Below are positions 27,635 to 36,868 of a stretch of 53,816 bases of DNA, one piece after another (position 1 is the stretch's first letter; the number at the start of each line of letters is the position of its first letter). The notes below the pieces were generated by a model. It saw nothing but the letters and a program-made list of their open reading frames with translations, did not search any database and was not told the origin of the DNA. The position numbers and the translations under genes were made by a program. The DNA is taken from the sequence record SRR22947727_230; one strand, written 5' to 3'.

Positions 27635-29248
27635 ATGAGTAAACTAAAAATATTAGATTGTACACTTCGTGATGGCGGTTACTACAATAATTGGAATTTT
27701 AGTATTGGATTAATTAATAGATATCTAAAAGTAATGTCAGACATTAAAGTTGACTATGTTGAGATAGGCTTCAGATCTAAAGATAAAAAAGAATTTAGGG
27801 GAGCTTGTGCATATACGACTGATGATTTCTTAAGTAGTTTAAAAATACCCAAATCATTGAAAATTGCTGTAATGATTAATGGGGCAGAACTGATTAAAGA
27901 AAATAATTTAAAAAGAAATATATTATCTCTTAATAGTTTATTTAGAAAATCAAAATTTAGCAAAGTTAAATTAGTTAGAATAGCTTGTCATTTTTCAGAA
28001 CTTAATGAGGTTATGCCTGTAGCATTTAAAATTAAAACCTTAGGATATAAAGTGGCCATTAACTTAATGCAAATTTCAGATAGATCAGAAAAAGAAATTC
28101 AACATTTTTGCAATCTTGCAAAAGAATTTAAAATGGATGTTATATACTTTGCAGATAGTACAGGAAGTCTAAATAGAGATCAAACTCAAGAAATAGTCAA
28201 AAATTTTAAAAAAAATTGGAAAACTGACCTAGGTATACATGCTCATGATAATATGGATAAGGCAATGGAAAATGCAATGATGGCACTAAGTAATGGTGTA
28301 AATTGGATTGACTCTACAGTATTGGGTATGGGCAGAGGTCCAGGCAATGTAAAAACAGAAAATCTAATTCTTGAGCTAGAAAAAAGATTTAAAAGAAAAG
28401 TTAATTATAATGGCTTAATTAAATTGGTAGAAAACGATTTTATTCTTATGAAAAATAAATATGGGTGGGGATCAAACGTATATTATTACCTTTCAGGTTT
28501 ATATGGAATTCATCCAAGTTTTATTCAAGGGATGCTTACTGCAAAAAATTTTAGTTCAGATGAAATTTTAGCAGTTATAGATAATTTAAAAACTGAAGGA
28601 GGGAAGAAATTTAGTAATGATCTTATTAACACCTATAAACAATATTTTGTTGGTAAAGGCAGTGGAAAATATGAACCAACAAAAAATATAAAAAACAAAA
28701 ATGTTTTGATACTTGGTTCAGGCCCAGGTGTCAAAGCTCACAAAGTAGCATTAGAGAATTTTATAAAAAAATATAAACCGTTTGTTATTGCTTTAAATAC
28801 TCAAAATTCAATCAATTCTAAATTAATTAATACCAGGGCTGTCTGTAATACATTAAGACTATTAACTGATCACAAGTCATTTAAATATCTGCCACAAAAA
28901 CTTATTTTACCTTATCAAAGGTTATCAGATCTTATTAAAGATAAATTTAAAAAAGTTAAAAAATTAGATTTTGGAGTAGAGGTAAGAAATAATACTTTTC
29001 AATTTATGAAGTCTTCAGCAATAATTCCTAATACATTGGCAATTTCATATGCTCTAGGAATTGCTAATAGTGGAAAAGCAAAAAAAATTTATATAGCAGG
29101 ATTTGATGGTTATGAAGCTGAAGATCCTAAAAGACGAGAAATGGATGAATTATTTTCTTTATATCAATCATTGAAAAAAAAATCAGAATTAGAAAGTATA
29201 ACTCCTACAAAGTATAAGGTTAAATCTGTATCTGTTTATGCTTTGTAA
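27635..29248 (+). CDS. DRE-TIM (HMGL-like) pyruvate-dependent aldolase with extra C-terminal domain
   Basis: LDCTLRDGGY, YVEIG, YFADSTG, GIHAHDN, GMGRGPGN..TE; C-terminal LILGSGPG...IYIAGFDGY. Confidence 0.85.
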   Translation: MSKLKILDCTLRDGGYYNNWNFSIGLINRYLKVMSDIKVDYVEIGFRSKDKKEFRGACAYTTDDFLSSLKIPKSLKIAVMINGAELIKENNLKRNILSLNSLFRKSKFSKVKLVRIACHFSELNEVMPVAFKIKTLGYKVAINLMQISDRSEKEIQHFCNLAKEFKMDVIYFADSTGSLNRDQTQEIVKNFKKNWKTDLGIHAHDNMDKAMENAMMALSNGVNWIDSTVLGMGRGPGNVKTENLILELEKRFKRKVNYNGLIKLVENDFILMKNKYGWGSNVYYYLSGLYGIHPSFIQGMLTAKNFSSDEILAVIDNLKTEGGKKFSNDLINTYKQYFVGKGSGKYEPTKNIKNKNVLILGSGPGVKAHKVALENFIKKYKPFVIALNTQNSINSKLINTRAVCNTLRLLTDHKSFKYLPQKLILPYQRLSDLIKDKFKKVKKLDFGVEVRNNTFQFMKSSAIIPNTLAISYALGIANSGKAKKIYIAGFDGYEAEDPKRREMDELFSLYQSLKKKSELESITPTKYKVKSVSVYAL

Positions 29249-29260
29249 ATACTTATTTAA

Positions 29261-29986
29261 ATGGAATATTATTTAGTCATCCCAGCAAGATATAATTCAA
29301 AAAGACTCCCAGGCAAGCCGCTTATGGATATTTGTGGTATTCCAATGATTATTAGAACTTATAATCAATGTAAAAAAATTGTAGATAAATCTAAAATACT
29401 AATTGCAACAGATGATAAGAGGATCCAAAAAGTCTGTGAAAAAGAAAAGATTAAAGTTGTAATGACATCTAAGAAGTGCCTCACTGGTACTGATAGAATA
29501 GCTGAAGTAGCAAAGAGATTTAAAGCTGATTTTTATTTAAATGTACAAGGAGATGAGCCAATTTGTAATCCTGTAGATATAAAAAAATTGTTAATTACAG
29601 CTAAAAAATATCCAAAAACTATAATAAATGGATATACCGCAATCAAAGATAAAGAATTATTTTTTTCAGGGCATATTCCTAAAGTAGTTTTTAGAAAAGA
29701 TGGAAGACTTTTATATCAATCGAGAGCAGCAATACCAACAACCAAAGATAAGAAATTTATAAAAGCATGGAGGCAAGTATGTATATACTCATTGCCATAC
29801 AAATCTTTAGTTGCCTTCAAATCAGTTAAAACAAAAACTCCGCTAGAACAGCTTGAGGATTGTGAATTACTAAGGTTTCTTGAACTCGGCCATGAAATTA
29901 AAATGATTAAAATGTCTGATAAATCTGTTGCTGTAGATACTAAAAAAAATTTAAAGGATGTTATAAATATAATAAAAAATTGTTAG
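29261..29986 (+). CDS. kdsB: KdsB-like CMP-ulosonate (CMP-Kdo) synthetase
   Basis: IPARYNSKRLPGKPL, ATDD, TGTDRIAE, NVQGDEP, LEQLEDCELLRFLE.G, VDT. Confidence 0.85.
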   Translation: MEYYLVIPARYNSKRLPGKPLMDICGIPMIIRTYNQCKKIVDKSKILIATDDKRIQKVCEKEKIKVVMTSKKCLTGTDRIAEVAKRFKADFYLNVQGDEPICNPVDIKKLLITAKKYPKTIINGYTAIKDKELFFSGHIPKVVFRKDGRLLYQSRAAIPTTKDKKFIKAWRQVCIYSLPYKSLVAFKSVKTKTPLEQLEDCELLRFLELGHEIKMIKMSDKSVAVDTKKNLKDVINIIKNC

Positions 29987-30685
29987 ATGTTAAATAATAA
30001 TATTTTGGTTCTTGGGTCTAAACCTGAGTCAAAACTTCCAGATATCCATGTAGACAAAATCTATACAGCTAATGGTGCAGCTGAAAGAGCCATTGAATTC
30101 AGGAAAAAACATAAAAAAAATAAACTTACATGTGTTGTTGGTGCACGTGAGTTTGCTAGAAATGATTATGTTAGTTCAAGAGTTATAAAATCTAAACCAG
30201 AAAGAATAATGATTGTACCTGGAGCAATAGATTTACCTTTAGAATTAAGAGATTATACAAAATTAACTTGTTTATCAGATAAAGAACAGTGGAATTTTCA
30301 AGCAAAATTTTTTAAGAATAAAAAAATTGCACTGCTGATAGCTGAAATGCAACATCAAGTAAGCTTATATTCTAAAATTATTCATATTTTAAAGCATATC
30401 AAAAACAGAAACATTCAAGGTATATCAAGAGGGTTTTATTCAATTCTTCTTGCATTAGAGGAAAATCCTAATTCAAATATAATTATTTCTGGAATAGGCA
30501 TGAAGGGAGGAAAGCAATTTTATGATTCTAAAAGAAGTCAATTATTTGTTTATGACTCGAGAGCTAGAGTCGACAGGTACCTTATCAAAAGATTGTTACA
30601 AAATTATAAGAATAGACTTTATAGTCTTGATTCTGACTTAATTGATGTCTCCAATATCAAGAAATGGAATGGAAATTCTTTTTAA
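29987..30685 (+). CDS. Hypothetical protein, weakly sialyltransferase (GT29/GT42)-like
   Basis: ILVLGSKP, IYTANG, ISRGFYSILLAL, IIISGIGM pattern recalls CMP-sugar-binding GT-A variants; follows kdsB with no gap. Confidence 0.45.
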   Translation: MLNNNILVLGSKPESKLPDIHVDKIYTANGAAERAIEFRKKHKKNKLTCVVGAREFARNDYVSSRVIKSKPERIMIVPGAIDLPLELRDYTKLTCLSDKEQWNFQAKFFKNKKIALLIAEMQHQVSLYSKIIHILKHIKNRNIQGISRGFYSILLALEENPNSNIIISGIGMKGGKQFYDSKRSQLFVYDSRARVDRYLIKRLLQNYKNRLYSLDSDLIDVSNIKKWNGNSF

Positions 30686-30725
30686 TTTGAATTTACATCT
30701 AATATAGATTAAAAATCATCCAAAT

Positions 30726-32309
30726 ATGCTTAAGTCACCTTTTATAGCCAGAAATCCAAAGGATTTTAAAATATTAATATTTTATCCTAATTTACACATG
30801 AGTGCTCTTATGCCTCAATCTGTAGGAATTTTCACAGCTTTATTAAAACAAGAAGGTTATCCACTAGATCTTTTTGATTGTACTTATTATGAAGATATTG
30901 ATTCTTTAACACTTGGAAAAAATACTAATGAAGAAAAAGTTGAAAATAGGAATGTCCATAAGTATAATAACACCGAGTGGCATGAAAAAGGTGTGAAGCC
31001 TAAAAATGGTATCGTTGATGCCTTTAAAAAAAAAGTATCAACCTTCAAACCAGATTTAATTCTAGTTTCTGTTCTTGAAAGTACATATTATCTGGCAATA
31101 GATCTACTTAAAGCAATTCCAGAAAAAGATCGAACTTATAAAACTTTTTTTGGAGGTGTATTTGCAACCTATGCAGCAAATAAAATTATTCAAAATGATT
31201 TTGTTGATTATGTTTGTAGAGGCGAGGGTGAGGGGGCGGTTGTAGAGATGGCCAATGCACTAAGCTCAGGTGGTAGGATTGATCAGATTAAAAATTGCAC
31301 TGTAAAAGGTGAGGGAAAAATTTTTAAAAATAACATGCGACCCCCTATAGATATCGATACCGTACCAATACCTGATTGGGATTTGTTTGAGGCTGGAAGT
31401 TTATATAGACCTATGCAAGGTAAGATATGGAGAGCAGTCGGGTTAGAAACTCAAAGAGGATGCCCTTATACTTGCACATTTTGTAATTCACCATCAAATA
31501 ATGTTGAATACAAAGCTGAAACTGGTGGAAAATTCCATAGAAAAAAAAGTATAAAAAGATTAAAAAAAGAATTAGATTTTTTAGTTAAAAAATACGACCC
31601 TAATTTAATTTATTTTGTTGTCGATACTTTTTTGGCCATGTCAAATAGAGAATTTGACGAATTAAAAGAACTTTATTCAGATTATAAAATCCCTTTTTGG
31701 ATGAATACAAGAGCAGAAACTATAAACGAGTATAGAGCCGCGGGTTTAGCAGAGATGAATATGTTAAGAATGAATATTGGAATTGAACACGGAAATTATG
31801 AATATAGAAGAAATTATCTCAAACGGAATGTAAAAGATGAAGTTCAGATTAGAGCATTCGAAATCGCTGCAGAACATGATTATGCATCTTGTGCAAATAG
31901 TATTATTGGAATGCCTGATGAAACTAGGGATTTAATATTCGATACAATAAACTTTGTTAGAAAACTTCCAGATAGTATTGATGCAACAGGAGCTTTTATA
32001 TTTGCACCTTATCACGGCACACCGTTAAGAGATCTTGCTATTAGAAAGGGCTATATAAAAGATGAAGAAATATGTTCTTTATCTAATACGAGTGAAAGCA
32101 TGTTGAGAATGCCAACAATAACAAAAAATGAAATTCAAGGATTAGCTAAAACATTTAGCTTATATACAAAATTTCCAAGGGAAAGATGGCCAGAAATAAA
32201 GATTGCCGAAAGTGATGATGCAGAAGGCCAGAAAATGATGGATAAATTGGGAAAAGAATTTGATAGTACATATAGACAGTTTGCTGCAGGGACAGATCTA
32301 CACGATTAA
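30726..32309 (+). CDS. Cobalamin-binding radical SAM protein (class B methyltransferase-like)
   Basis: N-terminal B12-binding-type domain (KPDLILVS, GGVFAT, VCRGEGE); TQRGCPYTCTFC (CxxxCxxC); GIEHG, IIGMPDET, PYHGTPL. Confidence 0.9.
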   Translation: MLKSPFIARNPKDFKILIFYPNLHMSALMPQSVGIFTALLKQEGYPLDLFDCTYYEDIDSLTLGKNTNEEKVENRNVHKYNNTEWHEKGVKPKNGIVDAFKKKVSTFKPDLILVSVLESTYYLAIDLLKAIPEKDRTYKTFFGGVFATYAANKIIQNDFVDYVCRGEGEGAVVEMANALSSGGRIDQIKNCTVKGEGKIFKNNMRPPIDIDTVPIPDWDLFEAGSLYRPMQGKIWRAVGLETQRGCPYTCTFCNSPSNNVEYKAETGGKFHRKKSIKRLKKELDFLVKKYDPNLIYFVVDTFLAMSNREFDELKELYSDYKIPFWMNTRAETINEYRAAGLAEMNMLRMNIGIEHGNYEYRRNYLKRNVKDEVQIRAFEIAAEHDYASCANSIIGMPDETRDLIFDTINFVRKLPDSIDATGAFIFAPYHGTPLRDLAIRKGYIKDEEICSLSNTSESMLRMPTITKNEIQGLAKTFSLYTKFPRERWPEIKIAESDDAEGQKMMDKLGKEFDSTYRQFAAGTDLHD

Positions 32310-32338
32310 AATTTTTTTTATAAATTTTTTACTTCCAA

Positions 32339-32454
32339 TAGCCTAAATTATAATAGCTGGTGCGTCAGAAGATACGAAAATAATAGATAAATTGGAAAAA
32401 GAACTTTAACAAACTTACCATCAATTTATTGTTACCACTGATCATCATTATTAA
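32339..32454 (+). pseudogene. Decayed 3' stub of a radical SAM homolog
   Basis: EDTKIIDKLEKEL*QTYHQFIVTTDHHY* versus EGQKMMDKLGKEFDSTYRQFAAGTDLHD* (14/28 aa identical, same terminal stop, one internal stop). Confidence 0.85.
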
Positions 32455-32471
32455 CCACTTTTTAAATTAAA

Positions 32472-33488
32472 CTATTTAATTAAGTGTTCTTTAATTTTAG
32501 CAGATTTATTAAAGCCACCAATATTTTTTGGTAGTAATTTTTTTAAATTCCATAAAAAAAGAGAAATTAGAATATTTTTTGAATTAATTCCATTTTCTAA
32601 TTGAAAAGATCTTATCCTTTTTAGATTTGAGTGAAAAATAGCAAATTCTACTAAATTTGAATTTGAGTATATTATTGTGTCAATTTTAGATAAAATTAGC
32701 ATTTCAATAATATTATCTTTTCCTAATTTATAATTATGTTTTTTTCTAACCTCTAAATTGAATATTTTATATTTATTAGACCTGAAACTTTTCCAGTAAA
32801 GTAACTTTTTTTTATATTTATTTTTAAAATAATTTAAATAACTTAATTGGTCTGTTATAAAAAATATACGATCAATTTCATTTTCCTTTAAATACTTACT
32901 AAGAAAATTATCAACTTGTTCCAATGTGGGGGGAAATTTATGAGATGGTGTAATTTTTGCATCTGTGCCACGAAAATGTACTGCTATTACTTTTTTATTG
33001 GAAAATTTTTTTTTAAAAAATGTTTCAGCAGTTCTTAAAAATTTTTTATTAATAGATATATTATTTAAATAAATTTTTTTTAAATAGGTATTTTTTTTAT
33101 TATTATTATAAATTAGATTATGTTTTATTTTATTATTTTCATTAATCAAAAAATTTGATTTTAAAACTTTTCTTAGCCCCACAGAAAGGGGTGAGAAGTA
33201 ATATAACCAACTATTTTTGGTATATTTAATATCATTATCATTATATAAAGTTGGAAAATTTTCCATATCTACCTCTGGTTTTAGCCCTCTTTTTTTTGCC
33301 TCACATATACCATTTAAAACTATTTTTAAGTTTGAAAACATGCCGCCAAGTGAATTTAAATTAGCAATAAGAAAAAATTTTTGTTTTTTATTTATATTAG
33401 AATAAATTTTTTTTTTTTTAATTTTAACTCGATCGTAGTAAAAAAAGATAATTAATTTATAGATATTTTTTTTAATAAATGAGATCAT
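32472..33488 (-). CDS. NodZ/GT23-like (O-)fucosyltransferase family protein
   Basis: GGMFSNL, W.YYF.P, IAVHFRGTD, IFFITD, EMLILSK..IIYSNSN; gmd is present in the same island. Confidence 0.75.
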   Translation of the reverse strand: MISFIKKNIYKLIIFFYYDRVKIKKKKIYSNINKKQKFFLIANLNSLGGMFSNLKIVLNGICEAKKRGLKPEVDMENFPTLYNDNDIKYTKNSWLYYFSPLSVGLRKVLKSNFLINENNKIKHNLIYNNNKKNTYLKKIYLNNISINKKFLRTAETFFKKKFSNKKVIAVHFRGTDAKITPSHKFPPTLEQVDNFLSKYLKENEIDRIFFITDQLSYLNYFKNKYKKKLLYWKSFRSNKYKIFNLEVRKKHNYKLGKDNIIEMLILSKIDTIIYSNSNLVEFAIFHSNLKRIRSFQLENGINSKNILISLFLWNLKKLLPKNIGGFNKSAKIKEHLIK

Positions 33489-34696
33489 TAAGACTTAATA
33501 AAACACATGTAATCTTCAATAATTTTATTTTTGTCAAATTGTAAATTAAAATTATCTAAGATTTCTTTCTTTTTTAAACTTAGATTAGTTAAAGTCCAAT
33601 ATACTCCATTAGAAAAATCTATAAAATTATTTTTTTTTGCCAAGTAACCATTTTCTTTATGGTTAATTAAATCAGAAGATCCCAAATTCTCGAATATCAC
33701 ACATGGAATTCCCATTGATAATGCTTCCAAAGCAACCTGACCAAAAGTTTCAATTCTGCTTGATAAGCAAACGACATCCATACTTGAAATTATAATTTGC
33801 TTAGAAATTTCATCAGAAAGTTTTCCAATATATTCTATTTTAATATTTTTTTTACTAATTATTTTATTTTTATAATTGCCTATTAAAATTATTTCAGTAT
33901 TGGAAGCATTTAAAAATTCATTTTTATCGATACTGTATATTAATTCAGCTATTCTTTTATTTGAATTATCTATATTTTCTGCAATACAACAGATACGATA
34001 TTTATCTTCATTAAAATTTAGAATTTTTTTTGAACTTGAGTTATCTAATTTAAACATATTATCACCCAGCATTAATGGTATTAACTTAGTTTTCTTATTT
34101 CTAAAAAGGTAACTTCTTTGAACTTCATCCATCATCCATTTTGAACTACAAATTATTTTTATATTAAGATTTTTTAAATACTTGATTTTTTGCCACCAAA
34201 CATATTTTTCTAAAAAATGTAATTTCGTAGAATTTTCGCTCAAAAAGTTACTATTAATGTGTTCATCATTTTCTGACAAATGATCTATACAGTTGAAGGG
34301 CCACATGGAATGCATTGTCCAAATTAGCTTAGCTTTGATTTTACTTATTTCCCTAATACTAATCATTGAATTGCCTATCCAATGTAAATTAACAATATCT
34401 GCATTAAAGTTATTAATTTTTTTAACTAAACCAGTTGGAAAAATATTGAGCGATTTAGATGAAAAGCTATTTTTCTTAATTGTTGAGATTAATTTTCTTT
34501 CAAGAGATTGATAGAATAAATTTTTAATTAAAATATAATTAGATTCAGAATTATATATTTTTTTCCCAAGCGTATTTTTTGAATGGACTAGTAAGTTAGA
34601 ATCATATCCTTTTTTTAATAGAGAATCATGAAGTCTTTTGACAGCTATTGCTGCTCCACCCTCATTATCAGAAAAGTTTACATGTAGAATTTTCAA
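33488..34696 (-). CDS. GT4 glycosyltransferase (WcaC-like)
   Basis: DNEGGAAIA..RL, DIVNLHWI, WTMHSMWPF, SRIETFGQVALEA; TTG start. Confidence 0.9.
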   Translation of the reverse strand: MKILHVNFSDNEGGAAIAVKRLHDSLLKKGYDSNLLVHSKNTLGKKIYNSESNYILIKNLFYQSLERKLISTIKKNSFSSKSLNIFPTGLVKKINNFNADIVNLHWIGNSMISIREISKIKAKLIWTMHSMWPFNCIDHLSENDEHINSNFLSENSTKLHFLEKYVWWQKIKYLKNLNIKIICSSKWMMDEVQRSYLFRNKKTKLIPLMLGDNMFKLDNSSSKKILNFNEDKYRICCIAENIDNSNKRIAELIYSIDKNEFLNASNTEIILIGNYKNKIISKKNIKIEYIGKLSDEISKQIIISSMDVVCLSSRIETFGQVALEALSMGIPCVIFENLGSSDLINHKENGYLAKKNNFIDFSNGVYWTLTNLSLKKKEILDNFNLQFDKNKIIEDYMCFIKS

Positions 34697-34814
34697 AGTG
34701 ATTAAATAATATTAATATTTTATTTTTTAAACTATCATGATCAAATCTATATTCAATAATATTACGAATCTATTTTTTAAGTGATATTAAATTTAGTTTT
34801 TTTTAATTATTTAT

Positions 34815-35630
34815 TTGCATAAGTTATACAGACATATATTAACAATAATTATTGTGAAGCCAATGTATTTTTTAAAAAAGAATTTTTTTAAGATAATATC
34901 TAAAGTTTTAAACTTATTAGGTTATAGTCTGATAAAAAAAGAAAAGTTTTTTTTATTTAATATTGAAAAATTTAAAAAAAAAACATCTGATTTTTCTGCT
35001 GAAAATTTTATTAGTTTTATCACTGAAAATAAAAGTTTGAGCAAATCACAAATATTTCAAGATTTATTTGTTGATTTTATCCTACGCGGAAAACTTAACG
35101 GTTTTTATTGTGAAGTAGGAGCCGCAAATGGTATAGATTTATCTAATACTTTTTACTTAGAAAAAAAGCGCAAGTGGAAGGGCATCTTGTGTGAGCCATC
35201 ACATCACTGGAAGAATCAACTAAGCTCCAACAGACATAATAATATTTTAATTTTTGATGCACTAAGTAGTAAAAATGAAACTATTACTTTTTATGAAAAT
35301 GAGAATAATTTTTTATCTGGTTTAAAAAAAAACCTAAATTACTCAAAAAGTTATGATGTAAAAACTACAACTTTGAATTCTGTTTTTTCAAATTTTCAAA
35401 TAAAAGAGTTAGACTATCTTTCAATTGATACTGAGGGAAATGAGTTGGCAGTTCTAGATGGATTAGATTTAAAAAAATATAGGCCAAAAGTAATTACAAT
35501 AGAACATAACTATGTTAATGAAAACTTGATATTTAAAAGATTATCAAAGCATAATTATAAATTAATTTTTCCCTATCTAAGTAGATTCGATAGTTTCTAT
35601 GTATGTAAAAAATTTTTAGAAAAAAATTAG
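34815..35630 (+). CDS. FkbM-family methyltransferase
   Basis: SQIFQD, GFYCEVGAANG..LSNT..LE, WKGILCEP, DYLSIDTEG.E; probable ATG at 34863. Confidence 0.9.
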   Translation: MHKLYRHILTIIIVKPMYFLKKNFFKIISKVLNLLGYSLIKKEKFFLFNIEKFKKKTSDFSAENFISFITENKSLSKSQIFQDLFVDFILRGKLNGFYCEVGAANGIDLSNTFYLEKKRKWKGILCEPSHHWKNQLSSNRHNNILIFDALSSKNETITFYENENNFLSGLKKNLNYSKSYDVKTTTLNSVFSNFQIKELDYLSIDTEGNELAVLDGLDLKKYRPKVITIEHNYVNENLIFKRLSKHNYKLIFPYLSRFDSFYVCKKFLEKN

Positions 35631-35632
35631 TT

Positions 35633-36868
35633 ATGAAAGTTTTGCATATTAATTATAGTGATAGCAAAGGCGGCGCAGCAACATCGTGTGTAAGATTGTT
35701 AGATGCTCTAAATAAAAACTCAATTGATTCAAAATTGCTTGTTAATGAAAAATATAGAATTAACAGAAATGATATAATTTTAAATTTAGATAATAATTAT
35801 GAGCTATATATTCATAAAATGAAAAAATTTCTTGCGATACAATCTAAAAAAATTTTAGGGGCAAATAATATTTATAAAGACTCAATATCTTTTTTTAGAT
35901 CGGGATTGGCAAAAAAAATAAATAAATTTGACTGTGATATAGTGAATTTTCATTGGATATGTAATGAAATGATTGCTATTGAGGAGCTTTGTCAAATTAA
36001 AAAACCTCAAGTATGGACAATAGTTGATATGTGGCCTTTTGTCGGAAGTAAACATTATACAACTAATAATTTTTATAAATTTAAAGATAAGAAATTTGAT
36101 AATAAAAAAAAATTTAATATTGAAAATTGGGTACTTAATAGAAAAAAATTATTTTTTAATAGTGATATTAAAATAGTATGTATTAGCAATTGGCTTAAAG
36201 GACTAGCAGAAGAAAGCCAAGTTTTAAAAAATAATCAAATATATACAGTTCCATGTTCAATAGATCATTTGAAGTGGTTTCCAATAAACAAGCAATCTGC
36301 AAAAAAATGTTTAAAATTTGATTTAGAAAAAAAATATTTTTTATTCAGTGCATACAATGGAATTAATGATTATAGAAAAGGATTTGACCTATTATTAGAG
36401 TCTATCCAGGCATTAGAAATGAGAAAAGAAGATTTCTCAATAGTTATAATTGGGAATGCGAGCGGATTAGAAGATTTAAAAAAAAAATATAAATTTAATT
36501 TTATAGTTTTTGATAAACATTTTGATGATGATGTAGTGTCACTTAGGTTAATTTATTCTGCCTCTGACTTATTAATAGTCCCTAGTAGAATAGAGGCCTT
36601 TGGACAAATAGTCTTAGAAGCCGGTGCTTGTGAGCTTCCATGTGTTACATTTGATAAAATTGGAACTGCTGATATTATTTCTCATAAAGAAGATGGTTAT
36701 TTAGCTAATTATCTCGACATAAATGATCTCATAAATGGAATTAGATTCTGTTTAGATCAAAAAAACTATAACAAAATTTCTAAAAATATAAGAAATAAGA
36801 TAATCAATAATTTTTCATATGATGTTGTTGCTAAAAAATATAAAGAGATTTACAAAGATTTAACGTGA
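35633..36868 (+). CDS. GT4 glycosyltransferase (WcaC-like)
   Basis: DSKGGAA, DIVNFHWI, WTIVDMWPF.G, RKGFDLL, PSRIEAFGQ..LEA. Confidence 0.9.
   Translation: MKVLHINYSDSKGGAATSCVRLLDALNKNSIDSKLLVNEKYRINRNDIILNLDNNYELYIHKMKKFLAIQSKKILGANNIYKDSISFFRSGLAKKINKFDCDIVNFHWICNEMIAIEELCQIKKPQVWTIVDMWPFVGSKHYTTNNFYKFKDKKFDNKKKFNIENWVLNRKKLFFNSDIKIVCISNWLKGLAEESQVLKNNQIYTVPCSIDHLKWFPINKQSAKKCLKFDLEKKYFLFSAYNGINDYRKGFDLLLESIQALEMRKEDFSIVIIGNASGLEDLKKKYKFNFIVFDKHFDDDVVSLRLIYSASDLLIVPSRIEAFGQIVLEAGACELPCVTFDKIGTADIISHKEDGYLANYLDINDLINGIRFCLDQKNYNKISKNIRNKIINNFSYDVVAKKYKEIYKDLT

Noticed and set aside
27635-29248. Aldolase as a PEP mutase completing a phosphonate pathway
   Set aside because: Motifs are DRE-TIM (DCTLRDG, HAHDN), not PepM (no EDKxxxxxNS).
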